DNA from: an uncultured Erysipelotrichaceae bacterium | Lineage (GTDB): Bacteria; Bacillota_I; Bacilli_A; Erysipelotrichales; Erysipelotrichaceae | Assembly: GCA_942493105.1 (NCBI GenBank) | Contig: OW818668.1 | Coordinates: 960,001-992,000 of the forward strand | Direction: 5' to 3' | DNA: 32,000 bases | In this document: positions 15,234 through 24,320 of the stretch, piece by piece | Numbering within the stretch: position 1 is the stretch's first letter | How the letters are laid out: every line of letters starts with the position of its first letter | Program-made: the position numbers and the translations under genes | The notes under the pieces: generated by a model | Told to the model about the DNA's origin: nothing | The model's database searches: none | Seen by the model: only the letters and a program-made list of their open reading frames with translations

Positions 15234-16126
15234 ACATCTTAAATTTCGGATCACTGAATATCGATAAGGTCTATATGGTTGATCATATCGTTGAAAAAGG
15301 CGAAACCATCTTGACCCATAACTATGAAGTCTTCATGGGTGGTAAAGGTCTTAATCAATCCATTGCCCTACAAAGAGCGGGACTACAAGTCGTTCATGCG
15401 GGACTCATTGGTTATGACGGACAACTGCTGGTCAACTTCTTAAAAGAGAACGATGTTCAATGTGATCTGATCCACGAAGTTGATGATGTCTGTGGTCATG
15501 CGATCATCCAAATCAATCCTAAGGGACAAAATGCCATCTTGGTTCATGGTGGTTCCAATCAAAGAATACAACCTGAATATATCGATTGGGTCTTAAATCA
15601 AGACCACCAGTGTGAATGGATGATCGTTCAAAACGAAACTTCAAACTTAGATTATCTGCTCAAAGCCGCTAAGAAAAAAGGACTCAAGATCATCATGAAT
15701 CCTTCACCCATCACCGATTCCTTACTCAAGTGTTCCCTTGAAAACGTTGACTTATTCATCATCAATGAAATCGAAGGCAAAGCCTTAAGCGGCCAAAGTG
15801 AAGCTTCAGAAATCCTAAAGGCTTTATCTCATAAATTCCCGCACGCAACCATTGTGTTGACCTTGGGTGAAGAAGGATCTCTGTTTAAAGCTAAAGAAAG
15901 TGTTATCACTCAAAAAGCCTTCATCGTCAACGCAGTTGACACAACAGCTGCCGGCGATACCTTCAGCGGTTACTTCTTGGCCAGTTATCTTCAAGGTCAA
16001 AGCGTTCAAGAAAGTCTCAAGATCGCCAGTGCTGCTTCTGCCATCTCAGTCACTTTAAAAGGAGCCTCGAATTCGATCCCTTGCTTAGACGATGTGAAAA
16101 AGTGGATCAAAGCTCAGCATGTCTAG
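15230..16126 (+). CDS. rbsK: Ribokinase
   Basis: GGKGLNQSIA (GGKGANQ motif) and DTTAAGDTFSGYF. An ATGA overlap links it to the regulator gene. Confidence 0.85.
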   Translation: MNILNFGSLNIDKVYMVDHIVEKGETILTHNYEVFMGGKGLNQSIALQRAGLQVVHAGLIGYDGQLLVNFLKENDVQCDLIHEVDDVCGHAIIQINPKGQNAILVHGGSNQRIQPEYIDWVLNQDHQCEWMIVQNETSNLDYLLKAAKKKGLKIIMNPSPITDSLLKCSLENVDLFIINEIEGKALSGQSEASEILKALSHKFPHATIVLTLGEEGSLFKAKESVITQKAFIVNAVDTTAAGDTFSGYFLASYLQGQSVQESLKIASAASAISVTLKGASNSIPCLDDVKKWIKAQHV

Positions 16127-16739
16127 AAAAGAAGTTCACACATGGATCGTCAAATTCCTTAAAGTCACTTTAGGAATTGCGATCGCTGCCTTAGGGATCA
16201 CATTGACCTACAAGAGCGGACTTGGCAGCAGTGCCATGTCGACGGTCTCTCAAGGGGTCAGTCGTGTACTTCACATCCAAGTAGGGACAGCGAATATAGG
16301 TTTGAATGGACTCTTCTTTGGGATAGCCTTGATCGGTCAAAGAAATAAGATCGGGATAGGGACTCCAATGATCGTGTTTGGTTTAGGTTTATTCATCAAT
16401 CTCTTCGTTTCACTATTAAGTTCAGTTCAGTTTAATGCCTTCATGAATATCGTGATCAATGGCTTGGGGATCATCCTCAACGCAGGCGGTATCGCCATCA
16501 TGGTCATCGTAAACTTCGGCATTGGACCTTTAGAACTCATCACTGAAATGATTACGAAGAAAACGAAATGGTCTTATCGAAAATCAAAACTTGCCTTTGA
16601 TGCAATGATGCTGATTCTCGGGATCTCACTGGGAGGTGATTACGGAATAGGAACCCTCATGAACGTCTTAATGTTTGGATTTATTATGCAATTAGTCTTC
16701 GACGTGCATAAAAAACAAAGAAATCATCACCAAATGTAA
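16119..16739 (+). CDS. Polytopic membrane protein (YczE/YitT-like), possible transporter or accessory permease
   Basis: 206 aa with ~5-6 hydrophobic helices, embedded in the salvage operon with an 8-nt overlap on rbsK. The family assignment is tentative. Confidence 0.5.
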   Translation: MSRKEVHTWIVKFLKVTLGIAIAALGITLTYKSGLGSSAMSTVSQGVSRVLHIQVGTANIGLNGLFFGIALIGQRNKIGIGTPMIVFGLGLFINLFVSLLSSVQFNAFMNIVINGLGIILNAGGIAIMVIVNFGIGPLELITEMITKKTKWSYRKSKLAFDAMMLILGISLGGDYGIGTLMNVLMFGFIMQLVFDVHKKQRNHHQM

Positions 16740-16748
16740 TGGAGGAAA

Positions 16749-17852
16749 ATGATGAAAAAGCTATTATTAGTATTGGTTGCATTGATTATGACCACTGTAT
16801 CCTTGACTTCATGCGCTAAAAAAGCTGAACCTAAAGCTTTGAGAGTCGTCGTCGTCATCAATACGAACCTAGGCGATAAAGCCTTCTCTGATTTAGTCTG
16901 GGGCGGCGTTCAAAAAGCTGCTTCTGAATTCGACTTGGAAGTCAAAGCAGTTGAATTGGGCGGCGATCCGACCAAACAAGAACCTACTTTAACAGAATTG
17001 TGCGAATCCAAAGAATGGGATCTAATCGTTGCCGGTACTTTCAACTTATTGGAAGCCACCAAAAAAGCAGCTGAAAAATATCCTAATCAAAAATTCTTGG
17101 TTTATGATGCAGCTGTTGATTTCGCTGGCGGCAAATTCAAAAATGTCGTATCCGTTCTTTCAAAACAAAATGAAGGCTCTTACTTAGCTGGTGCATTGGC
17201 TGCTTTGTTGACCCAATCCACAACCGATCCTCTCGTTAATGCTGAGAAGATCATCGGCTTCGTAGGCGGCGGTGAAAATGCTGCCATCAATGACTTCTTG
17301 ATTGGCTACATCGAAGGCGCAAAAGCTGTCGATCCTGCTACCAAGATCTTGTTCTCATACGTTGGTAACTTCACTGATTCTGCTAAAGCTAAAGAATTGA
17401 CTTTGGCTCAATATCAGCAAGGTGCTGACATTGTCTTCGCCGTTGCCAGTTCCGCTGGTTTCGGAGTTTATGATGCTGCTAAAACAGCTGACAAATATGC
17501 CATTGGTGTTGACCAAGACAAAGCTTTACAGTTCAAAGCAGTCGGCGACATCACTCAAGCTAAACATATTCCTACATCCGTCGTTAAGAATCTTGATGTC
17601 TTGATTTATGACAAACTGTCTCAATTCGTTAAGGGAACCATGCCTTGGGGAACACACGAAGCAGTTGGTCTAAAAGGTAACGGCATGGCTTTAGCCAACA
17701 ACGAATATACAAAACTCGTTGTATCTGCTGATATCTTGGCTCAAGTTGAAGCTCTAAAAGCGAAGATCGTTGCTGGAACGACAGTTGTTCCTACAGCCAT
17801 CGGTTTAACCACAGAACAGATTCAAGTCTACAAAGACAAAGCTGGTCAATAA
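16749..17852 (+). CDS. BMP-family (PnrA/Med-like) ABC transporter substrate-binding lipoprotein, nucleoside-binding type
   Basis: Signal peptide with the lipobox LTSC. The BMP-like core includes GFVGGGENAAINDF and the FAVASSAGFGV pattern. Confidence 0.85.
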   Translation: MMKKLLLVLVALIMTTVSLTSCAKKAEPKALRVVVVINTNLGDKAFSDLVWGGVQKAASEFDLEVKAVELGGDPTKQEPTLTELCESKEWDLIVAGTFNLLEATKKAAEKYPNQKFLVYDAAVDFAGGKFKNVVSVLSKQNEGSYLAGALAALLTQSTTDPLVNAEKIIGFVGGGENAAINDFLIGYIEGAKAVDPATKILFSYVGNFTDSAKAKELTLAQYQQGADIVFAVASSAGFGVYDAAKTADKYAIGVDQDKALQFKAVGDITQAKHIPTSVVKNLDVLIYDKLSQFVKGTMPWGTHEAVGLKGNGMALANNEYTKLVVSADILAQVEALKAKIVAGTTVVPTAIGLTTEQIQVYKDKAGQ

Positions 17853-17864
17853 GTTATTATCCGC

Positions 17865-17902
17865 GATACAGAGGCCTCTATGGCCTCTGTATCCATTATT
17901 TT
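17865..17902 (+). terminator. Intra-operon hairpin/attenuator after the binding-protein gene
   Basis: The perfect 12-bp GC-rich stem GATACAGAGGCC (17865-17876) / GGCCTCTGTATC (17882-17893) is followed by CATTATTTT. Confidence 0.65.
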
Positions 17903-17925
17903 AATTAGAAAACGGGGTCAGATTC

Positions 17926-19497
17926 ATGAGCGAAAACATTATGGCAGAAGAATACATCTTGTCGATGGAAAACATTACTAAGATCTACAGTAATGGTTTT
18001 ATCGCCAACAAGAATGTCAATTTCAAAGTCAAAAAAGGTGAGATCCATGCCTTGATCGGTGAAAACGGAGCAGGCAAAAGCACATTGATGAAAGTGCTTT
18101 TTGGACAAGAACAACCTGATTCTGGCGAGATATTCTACAAAGGTAAGAAAACAAACATCACCAATCCTTTGGTGGCTTTACATATGGGAATCGGGATGGT
18201 CCATCAACACTTTATGTTGGTTCCATCACTGACTGTCGCAGAGAATATGGTCTTAGGGGTAGAACCAGGTAAATATGGCATGTTTAGCTATAAAGAAGCG
18301 GTCAAACTCACCAACGAGATCTCAAAGAAATACAACCTTCCGATCGATGCTGAAGCTAAAATCATGGATCTTCCGGTTGGATTTAAACAACGTGTAGAAA
18401 TATTAAAGATCCTGTTAAGAGGCGTGGATGTGTTGATTCTTGATGAACCAACCGCAGTCTTGACTCCTCAAGAAACAGACGAACTTTTCAAACAACTTAA
18501 AGTCCTTAAAGAAAAAGGCTATACGATCATCTTCATCTCGCATAAACTTCATGAGATCAAAAAGTTATGTGATAACTTAACGGTCCTAAGAAATGGAAGA
18601 GTGACCGGAACAGCTAAAGTCAGTGATCTTTCTGAACAAGAAATTTCGAAAATGATGGTTGGTCGAGATGTCTTCTTGACCATCGATAAAGACGTGGCTC
18701 AACCTAAAGAAACCGTATTATCTGTCAAGAATCTTTCTTGGGTCGATAAACATGGTAAACGAGTCGTCAACAATCTTTCATTCAGTGTACGCGCCGGTGA
18801 AATATTAGGCATCGCCGGTGTTGAAGGTAATGGTCAACGTGAATTGACCAATCTGATTGCCAGACTTGAAGAAAACCAAATCGGTGAAATCTTACTCTAT
18901 GGTAAGAGCATCGCTAAACAATCCATTCGTGAAATTCGTGAACAAAAAATCTCGCATATATCTGAAGATCGAATGACTTTTGGGACTGTATACGAAGCCA
19001 CCATCGAAGAAAACATCATCTCTGATCGTTTCTATAAAAAAGAGTTCAATAAGAACTATCTCTTAGATGCTAAAAAAATAAAAAAACACGTGAATGAATT
19101 GATCAAAGAATACAATGTCAAAACGGATAGCAAAGATTTACCGATTCGAACTTTATCTGGCGGTAACATGCAGAAAGTCGTTGTGGCCCGGGAATTCTCT
19201 TCGAATCCCAAATTGGTCATTGCGAATCAACCAACCCGCGGCATCGACGTTGGAGCCAGTGAATTCATCCGAAAGAAACTGGTATCACTTCGTGATCAAG
19301 GTGCAGCTGTTTTACTGGTATCAGCCGACTTAAACGAAGTCATTGAAGTCAGCGACAGCATCGTCGTCATGTGTGATGGCAGTATCGTTGCTTATTTGAA
19401 AGATGCTAAAAAAGTAACTGAGGAACAACTCGGTGAATACATGCTGGGCATCAAGAAACAAAGCGATGAAGAAATAAGAGAGGTCGTTCATGATTAA
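17926..19497 (+). CDS. ABC transporter ATP-binding protein with two fused ATPase domains (sugar/nucleoside CUT2 type)
   Basis: Walker A GENGAGKST, signature LSGGNMQKV, Walker B LILDEPT. The 523-aa length fits a duplicated cassette. Confidence 0.9.
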   Translation: MSENIMAEEYILSMENITKIYSNGFIANKNVNFKVKKGEIHALIGENGAGKSTLMKVLFGQEQPDSGEIFYKGKKTNITNPLVALHMGIGMVHQHFMLVPSLTVAENMVLGVEPGKYGMFSYKEAVKLTNEISKKYNLPIDAEAKIMDLPVGFKQRVEILKILLRGVDVLILDEPTAVLTPQETDELFKQLKVLKEKGYTIIFISHKLHEIKKLCDNLTVLRNGRVTGTAKVSDLSEQEISKMMVGRDVFLTIDKDVAQPKETVLSVKNLSWVDKHGKRVVNNLSFSVRAGEILGIAGVEGNGQRELTNLIARLEENQIGEILLYGKSIAKQSIREIREQKISHISEDRMTFGTVYEATIEENIISDRFYKKEFNKNYLLDAKKIKKHVNELIKEYNVKTDSKDLPIRTLSGGNMQKVVVAREFSSNPKLVIANQPTRGIDVGASEFIRKKLVSLRDQGAAVLLVSADLNEVIEVSDSIVVMCDGSIVAYLKDAKKVTEEQLGEYMLGIKKQSDEEIREVVHD

Positions 19498-20560
19498 CAA
19501 GATTGAAAATCAATTCAAGTTCATACGAATTGCCATATCCATATCCATCGCCCTATTATTGGCCTTCCTGATCATTTCTTTTGTCAGTAAAGATCCATTA
19601 TTTGCGATGTATAACTTGATCGTAGGACCTTTTGAAAACATCAGAAGAGTAGGCAATATCGTCGAGATCATGATCCCGCTTCTGTTTACAGGGGTTGGAG
19701 TCAGTATCATGTATTCGGCTGGGCAGATCAATATGGCTTCTGAAGGTGCCTTCTTCTTAGGTGGTGTTGCGGCGGCTTATGTATCGGTTACCTTCCTATT
19801 GCCTTATGGGATCCATCCTGTGATGGCAATGGTAGCTGGGGGTTTGATTGGTGGATTGATCGGGTTGATCCCAGCGATCTTGTTTGTCAGATTCAAAGCA
19901 TTGCCTGTCGTATCTTCACTTATGCTCAACTACATCAGTTATTTCTTAGGGATGTATGTCATTCACTATATTATCTTTGATCCAGAAACAGGTTATCTCA
20001 GTTCATTTGCGTATAAAGAAACTGCACTTTTACCCAAAATGTTTTCTGTAACACGAATCCATTGGGGTTTAGTCATTGGTTTGATTGTGGTTGTCTTAGG
20101 TTATCTCTTCCTTAAGAAAAGTAAATGGGGTTATGCCATTCGTATGATCGGGATGAATCCTAACTTTGCTCAATATTCTGGTATCAATGTTGGTTTCTAT
20201 ATCTTATTGTGTCAGCTGATTGGCGGAGCCATTGCCGGGATCGGTGGAGCTGTTGAACAATTGGGTATGTACAGTCGTTTCCAATACCAAAAACTATCAG
20301 GTCATGGATTTGATGGAGTCTTGGTTGCGATCTTAGCCAACTATAATCCTAAGTTTGTTCCACTAGCTGCTTTCTTTATTGCGTATGTTCGAGTCGGTGC
20401 TGATGTCATGGCACGTAATTCGGATGTCCCAATTGAAATCGTATCGATCATTCAAGCTGTCATCATTGTCTTTGTGGCTTCTGAAAGATTCTTAGCCGGA
20501 TGGAAACACAGAAAAATCGTTAAAGCATCGCAAGCTCGCTTTGCAGTTGAGGAGGCCTAA
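19490..20560 (+). CDS. ABC transporter permease (CUT2/BMP-associated)
   Basis: 356-aa polytopic membrane protein with an 8-nt overlap on the ATPase gene. Confidence 0.85.
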   Translation: MINKIENQFKFIRIAISISIALLLAFLIISFVSKDPLFAMYNLIVGPFENIRRVGNIVEIMIPLLFTGVGVSIMYSAGQINMASEGAFFLGGVAAAYVSVTFLLPYGIHPVMAMVAGGLIGGLIGLIPAILFVRFKALPVVSSLMLNYISYFLGMYVIHYIIFDPETGYLSSFAYKETALLPKMFSVTRIHWGLVIGLIVVVLGYLFLKKSKWGYAIRMIGMNPNFAQYSGINVGFYILLCQLIGGAIAGIGGAVEQLGMYSRFQYQKLSGHGFDGVLVAILANYNPKFVPLAAFFIAYVRVGADVMARNSDVPIEIVSIIQAVIIVFVASERFLAGWKHRKIVKASQARFAVEEA

Positions 20561-20561
20561 T

Positions 20562-21515
20562 ATGGATGTCATTTTCAAGAGCATCTTCTCAACGGTCTTC
20601 TTCTATACGATCTTGCGTGTTGCGACCCCTTTGATTTTTGTTTCGATGGCTGCTTTGATCGTTAGAAAAGGTGGCATCATGTGTATTGCCTTTGAAGGCA
20701 TGATGTTGTTTGCAGCTTTAGGTGGTGTCATTGGTAGTGCATTGACTCAGAATCTATTTGTAGGATTAATCTTAGGTACTCTATTTGGAGTTACCATCGC
20801 GATGATCTTCGCCTATTTCGTACTTGTCTTACAATCCAACAATGTCTTGACTGGTCTTGCCTTGAATATCTTAGGTAGTGGTGGTACGGTCTTCATGTTG
20901 TTTGCCCTGACAGGTGAAAAAGGGACATCGTCTTCACTTAGAAGTCTGCAGGTTCCTTCATGGAATATCCCCATCATAAAAGATATTCCGATCTTAGGAG
21001 AAATCATATCAGGTCATAACCTCTTTACCTATCTTGCTTTCTTGACCGTCATCTTAGTGTATATCTTGGTCTATAAGACAAGATTAGGTTTAAGGATACG
21101 TTCCGTCGGTGAAAATCCGCAAGCTGCAGAATCGGTTGGGATCAAGGTCGTAAGGACCAAAGTCATCTCATTGTTGATCGGTGGTGTGATTGCATCCTTA
21201 GGCGGAATGTATATGTCGATGGGTTACTTGCCTTTCTTTACCCGAGACATGATGAGTGGACGCGGTTTTATCGGGATCGCTGCTCAAAATCTAGGAGGCG
21301 GAATCCCGTTAAATACCATGTTGTCGGCAATGTTGTTTGGCTCTGCCGAAGCCATATCGAATGTCTTCCAGTCTTTGCGTTTGCCTTCAGAATTCGTACA
21401 AATGCTGCCTTATATCGTTACGATCGTTGGCTTGATCTCCATCGGTGGTGTTAAAAAGGAAAGCAAGAGTAAAATCAAGAAAATTAAAGAAATAAAGGAG
21501 AGTACCCATGAATAA
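20562..21515 (+). CDS. ABC transporter permease, second subunit
   Basis: Polytopic membrane protein. The ATG at 20562 follows the RBS GAGGAGG; the track's upstream start at 20541 lies inside the previous gene. Confidence 0.85.
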   Translation: MDVIFKSIFSTVFFYTILRVATPLIFVSMAALIVRKGGIMCIAFEGMMLFAALGGVIGSALTQNLFVGLILGTLFGVTIAMIFAYFVLVLQSNNVLTGLALNILGSGGTVFMLFALTGEKGTSSSLRSLQVPSWNIPIIKDIPILGEIISGHNLFTYLAFLTVILVYILVYKTRLGLRIRSVGENPQAAESVGIKVVRTKVISLLIGGVIASLGGMYMSMGYLPFFTRDMMSGRGFIGIAAQNLGGGIPLNTMLSAMLFGSAEAISNVFQSLRLPSEFVQMLPYIVTIVGLISIGGVKKESKSKIKKIKEIKESTHE

Positions 21516-22473
21516 GACCCCTATTATCATCGATTGTGACCCTGGGCATGATGATGCCATCGCTTTACTGATCGCTTTAGCCAGCGATAAATTTGACCTC
21601 AGAGGCATTACGACCGTCGCTGGAAATCAAACCTTAGCCAAGACGACAGCCAATGCACTGAAGGTTTTGGAATTATGCAAAAGAACTGAAATCAAAGTCG
21701 TCCCAGGAAGAAAAAACCCATTCATGAAAGAAGTCATCGTTGCCAATGATGTGCACGGTGAAAGTGGAATGGACGGCCCAGTTTTACCGATCCCAACTAC
21801 CAAACCTTATCCAATGTTCGCAGCTGAATTCATCGCTGACGAAGTTGAAAAATGCCCAACAAAAATGACTTTAGTTGCAGTGGGTCCTTTCACCAACATC
21901 GCAACCTTCTTATTGGCCTATCCGCATCTACACAGTAAGATCGAAAAGATCCATGTCATGGGTGGTGGTATCTATGAAGGCAATCGTACTTATTTGGCTG
22001 AATTCAATGTCTGGAATGATCCGGAAGCCGCCAAAGTCGTTACTAATTCTAAAATACCTGTCCATTTCTTTGGATTGGATGTTACCCATCGCGCTGTTAT
22101 CTTAAAAGAAGAATTTGAAATATTCAGAAATGAAAAAGGTCCTATCTTCCAATTCGTCGCAGACCTCTTAGATTTCTTTGCGATCTGCTATATTGGAGAA
22201 CGCGGATTACCAGGCTGTCCAATGCATGATTCTTGTGCAGTCGCCAGTTTGATCGATCTCTCACTGTTTGTTGGAGAAGAAGCCTTCATCGATATTGAAC
22301 TCGATGGTAAATCAAGAGGCGGATGTGTGGTTGACTTAAGACCAGTCGGACGACGTGTGGATGCCAACAACGGATTCTTCTACTACGATGTAGATCGTCC
22401 TCGTTTCTTACAACTGATCATTGATTCTTGTCGCAAATTAGAAAGTGACATTAAAGCAAAGGAGCAAGCATGA
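21508..22473 (+). CDS. Nucleoside hydrolase (IUNH/Rih family), paralog 1
   Basis: N-terminal signature IIDCDPGHDDAIAL (DxDxxxDD). The 321-aa length fits the family. Confidence 0.9.
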   Translation: MNKTPIIIDCDPGHDDAIALLIALASDKFDLRGITTVAGNQTLAKTTANALKVLELCKRTEIKVVPGRKNPFMKEVIVANDVHGESGMDGPVLPIPTTKPYPMFAAEFIADEVEKCPTKMTLVAVGPFTNIATFLLAYPHLHSKIEKIHVMGGGIYEGNRTYLAEFNVWNDPEAAKVVTNSKIPVHFFGLDVTHRAVILKEEFEIFRNEKGPIFQFVADLLDFFAICYIGERGLPGCPMHDSCAVASLIDLSLFVGEEAFIDIELDGKSRGGCVVDLRPVGRRVDANNGFFYYDVDRPRFLQLIIDSCRKLESDIKAKEQA

Positions 22474-23393
22474 AAAGAGAAATATTAATCGACTGTGATC
22501 CTGGGATAGATGATACCATCGCTCTAAAGATGGCTTTCCAAGATCCTTCAGTAGAAGTCATTGGATTAACGACCGTCTTTGGGAATGCCTCTGTAGAGAT
22601 CACAACCCACAATGCTTTGACTCTTAATGATTACTTTAAGTTCAACGTACCTGTTTATAAAGGGGCAGCTCTTCCTTTATTTCATGCGCGTAAATATCAA
22701 AGTATCGTTCATGGACCCAATGGAATGGGCAATGTAGATTTCCCAGAACCAACATCCAAAGTAAGTCCTAAATATGCTTGGGATGCCATCTATGATGAAG
22801 CTAAAAAAAGAGGCAAAACATTAACAGTCTTGACCTTAGGTCCTTTGACAAATGTTGCAATCGCCATCTTAAGATATGAAGACTTAAAAGATTACGTCAA
22901 AGAAATCATCATCATGGGTGGATCTGCCACCAAAGGCAATGCGAAGCCTTTTGGGGAGTCTAACGTTGTTAATGATCCTTATGCAATGCAAGTTATTTTG
23001 AACTCACAGATCCCTGTTACAATGGTTGGTTTGAATGCCACTGAAACAACCCGTATGACTGAAGAAGAACACAAAAAAATCTTCGCAGATGCATCAAAAA
23101 TCGATCCGTTGATCGTTAGAATGCTAACGCATTATAAAGGCATACAAGGCATGTATGGAGACAATGGTATGGTCATACATGATGCAGCTACCATGGCAGT
23201 TGTCTTACATCCAGAATGGGCCACAAGCAAGCTGTATCATGTGGATGTTGAAACCACCCAGAATTCAATGTATGGCAGAACCATCGTCGATATCCGTAAA
23301 CATTCAAAACTGGTTAAAAATTGCACCGTCGTTGAAACCATCGATCGTGCTCCTTATCTTAAGTTACTCGAAAAAACACTAAAGGAAAACTAA
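22470..23393 (+). CDS. Nucleoside hydrolase (IUNH/Rih family), paralog 2
   Basis: LIDCDPGIDDTIAL signature. An ATGA overlap links it to paralog 1. Confidence 0.9.
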   Translation: MKREILIDCDPGIDDTIALKMAFQDPSVEVIGLTTVFGNASVEITTHNALTLNDYFKFNVPVYKGAALPLFHARKYQSIVHGPNGMGNVDFPEPTSKVSPKYAWDAIYDEAKKRGKTLTVLTLGPLTNVAIAILRYEDLKDYVKEIIIMGGSATKGNAKPFGESNVVNDPYAMQVILNSQIPVTMVGLNATETTRMTEEEHKKIFADASKIDPLIVRMLTHYKGIQGMYGDNGMVIHDAATMAVVLHPEWATSKLYHVDVETTQNSMYGRTIVDIRKHSKLVKNCTVVETIDRAPYLKLLEKTLKEN

Positions 23394-24130
23394 TGGAAAC
23401 AAACGAACCTAAAAGAATGCATCATATTAATGTTTTGCCAGGTGAAGTCGGTCGTTATGTTATTTTGCCTGGTGATCCTTTTAGAACAGATTTGATCGCT
23501 TCGTTTTTTGAAGATGCGAAGCTTATCGCCCATCAGCGTGAACATAAGACGTGGGTTGGAACTTTGAATGGCGTAAAAGTTGCCGTAACATCAACCGGTA
23601 TGGGTTGTCCTTCAGCTGCCATCGCCGTTGAAGAATTGATCAAAGCCGGAGCTGATACTTTCATCAGATTAGGCACTGCAGGACGAGTCAATGAAGCCTC
23701 TAAATCAACAGAATTAGATGGTGTCATTTGTAACGCAGCTGTGCGTGATGAAGGAACGACGATTCATTATGTCCCAATAGAATATCCAGCCGTAGCCAAT
23801 CGTCATATCGTTGATGCCTTAGCTAAATCCGCCAAAGCCCATGGTAAAAATTACCTGGAAGGCATTGCTCAAACCAAAGACTCTTATTATGGTCAACATG
23901 AACCTCAAAACATGCCTGTCGAACATCGTTTAAAAGAACGCTGGCAAGCTTGGGAAAGATCCAACGTCATCTGTTCAGAAATGGAAACTGCTGCGATCTT
24001 TGTTATTTCAAGCATTAGAGGGGCTAGAGCTGCTTCCATCATGTCCTTTAAAAACATGGAAGAAACCATTCAAATCGTCTGTGATGCCATAAAAATCATC
24101 ATTGAACAAGACCAAAAAGAAGTGAAGTAA
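23393..24130 (+). CDS. Nucleoside phosphorylase, PNP/UDP family 1 (uridine-phosphorylase-like)
   Basis: ILPGDPFR, VTSTGMGCPSAAIAVEEL and SEMETAA motifs. It has a 1-nt TAATG overlap with the upstream gene. Confidence 0.8.
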   Translation: METNEPKRMHHINVLPGEVGRYVILPGDPFRTDLIASFFEDAKLIAHQREHKTWVGTLNGVKVAVTSTGMGCPSAAIAVEELIKAGADTFIRLGTAGRVNEASKSTELDGVICNAAVRDEGTTIHYVPIEYPAVANRHIVDALAKSAKAHGKNYLEGIAQTKDSYYGQHEPQNMPVEHRLKERWQAWERSNVICSEMETAAIFVISSIRGARAASIMSFKNMEETIQIVCDAIKIIIEQDQKEVK

Positions 24131-24152
24131 AGTCAACATAGTGCTTTCACCC

Positions 24153-24265
24153 ATGGTGCCACATGATTGCCTTCAAGACTCCCTCCAACAGTTTTGATTA
24201 AACCCTTAACCTGTTTTCTTCATCTTGAAGGCTTCCATTTCCCACAAATCAAAATGTGGCACCAT
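24153..24265. repeat. Long imperfect inverted repeat / nested hairpin
   Basis: The outer arm ATGGTGCCACAT (24153-24164) pairs with ATGTGGCACCAT (24254-24265). The inner arm GCCTTCAAGA (24169-24178) pairs with TCTTGAAGGC (24223-24232). Both outer arms are followed by GATT. Confidence 0.6.
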
Positions 24266-24320
24266 GATTTATTTTAAGAAAAAGGAGTCTGTTTTGTACT
24301 GACCCCCTAAAAGTGGATAG

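Noticed and set aside
20541-20561. Upstream start of the second permease at 20541, and likewise 27929 for HAD paralog B
   Set aside because: The downstream ATGs at 20562 and 27974 have proper RBSs (GAGGAGG and AAGGAA). For the HAD gene, that start also aligns with the paralog's N-terminus. The extensions overlap upstream sequence without support.
15009-24130. Short overlapping track ORFs within the nucleoside operon: 15009-15212, 15824-16009, 15867-16058, 17422-17604, 17905-18114, 19115-19333, 19510-19731, 20813-21007, 21387-21608, 21875-22105, 22188-22370, 23155-23382 and 23533-23727
   Set aside because: All are embedded in or antisense to strongly supported CDSs. They are typical shadow ORFs with no independent signals.
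14196-24130. Nucleoside transport and salvage operon as part of the novel QueC-like system
   Set aside because: It is separated from the cassette by ~6 kb of unrelated PTS genes. It differs in base composition, has its own LacI/cre-controlled promoter, and has the canonical gene content of BMP-type nucleoside utilisation loci.
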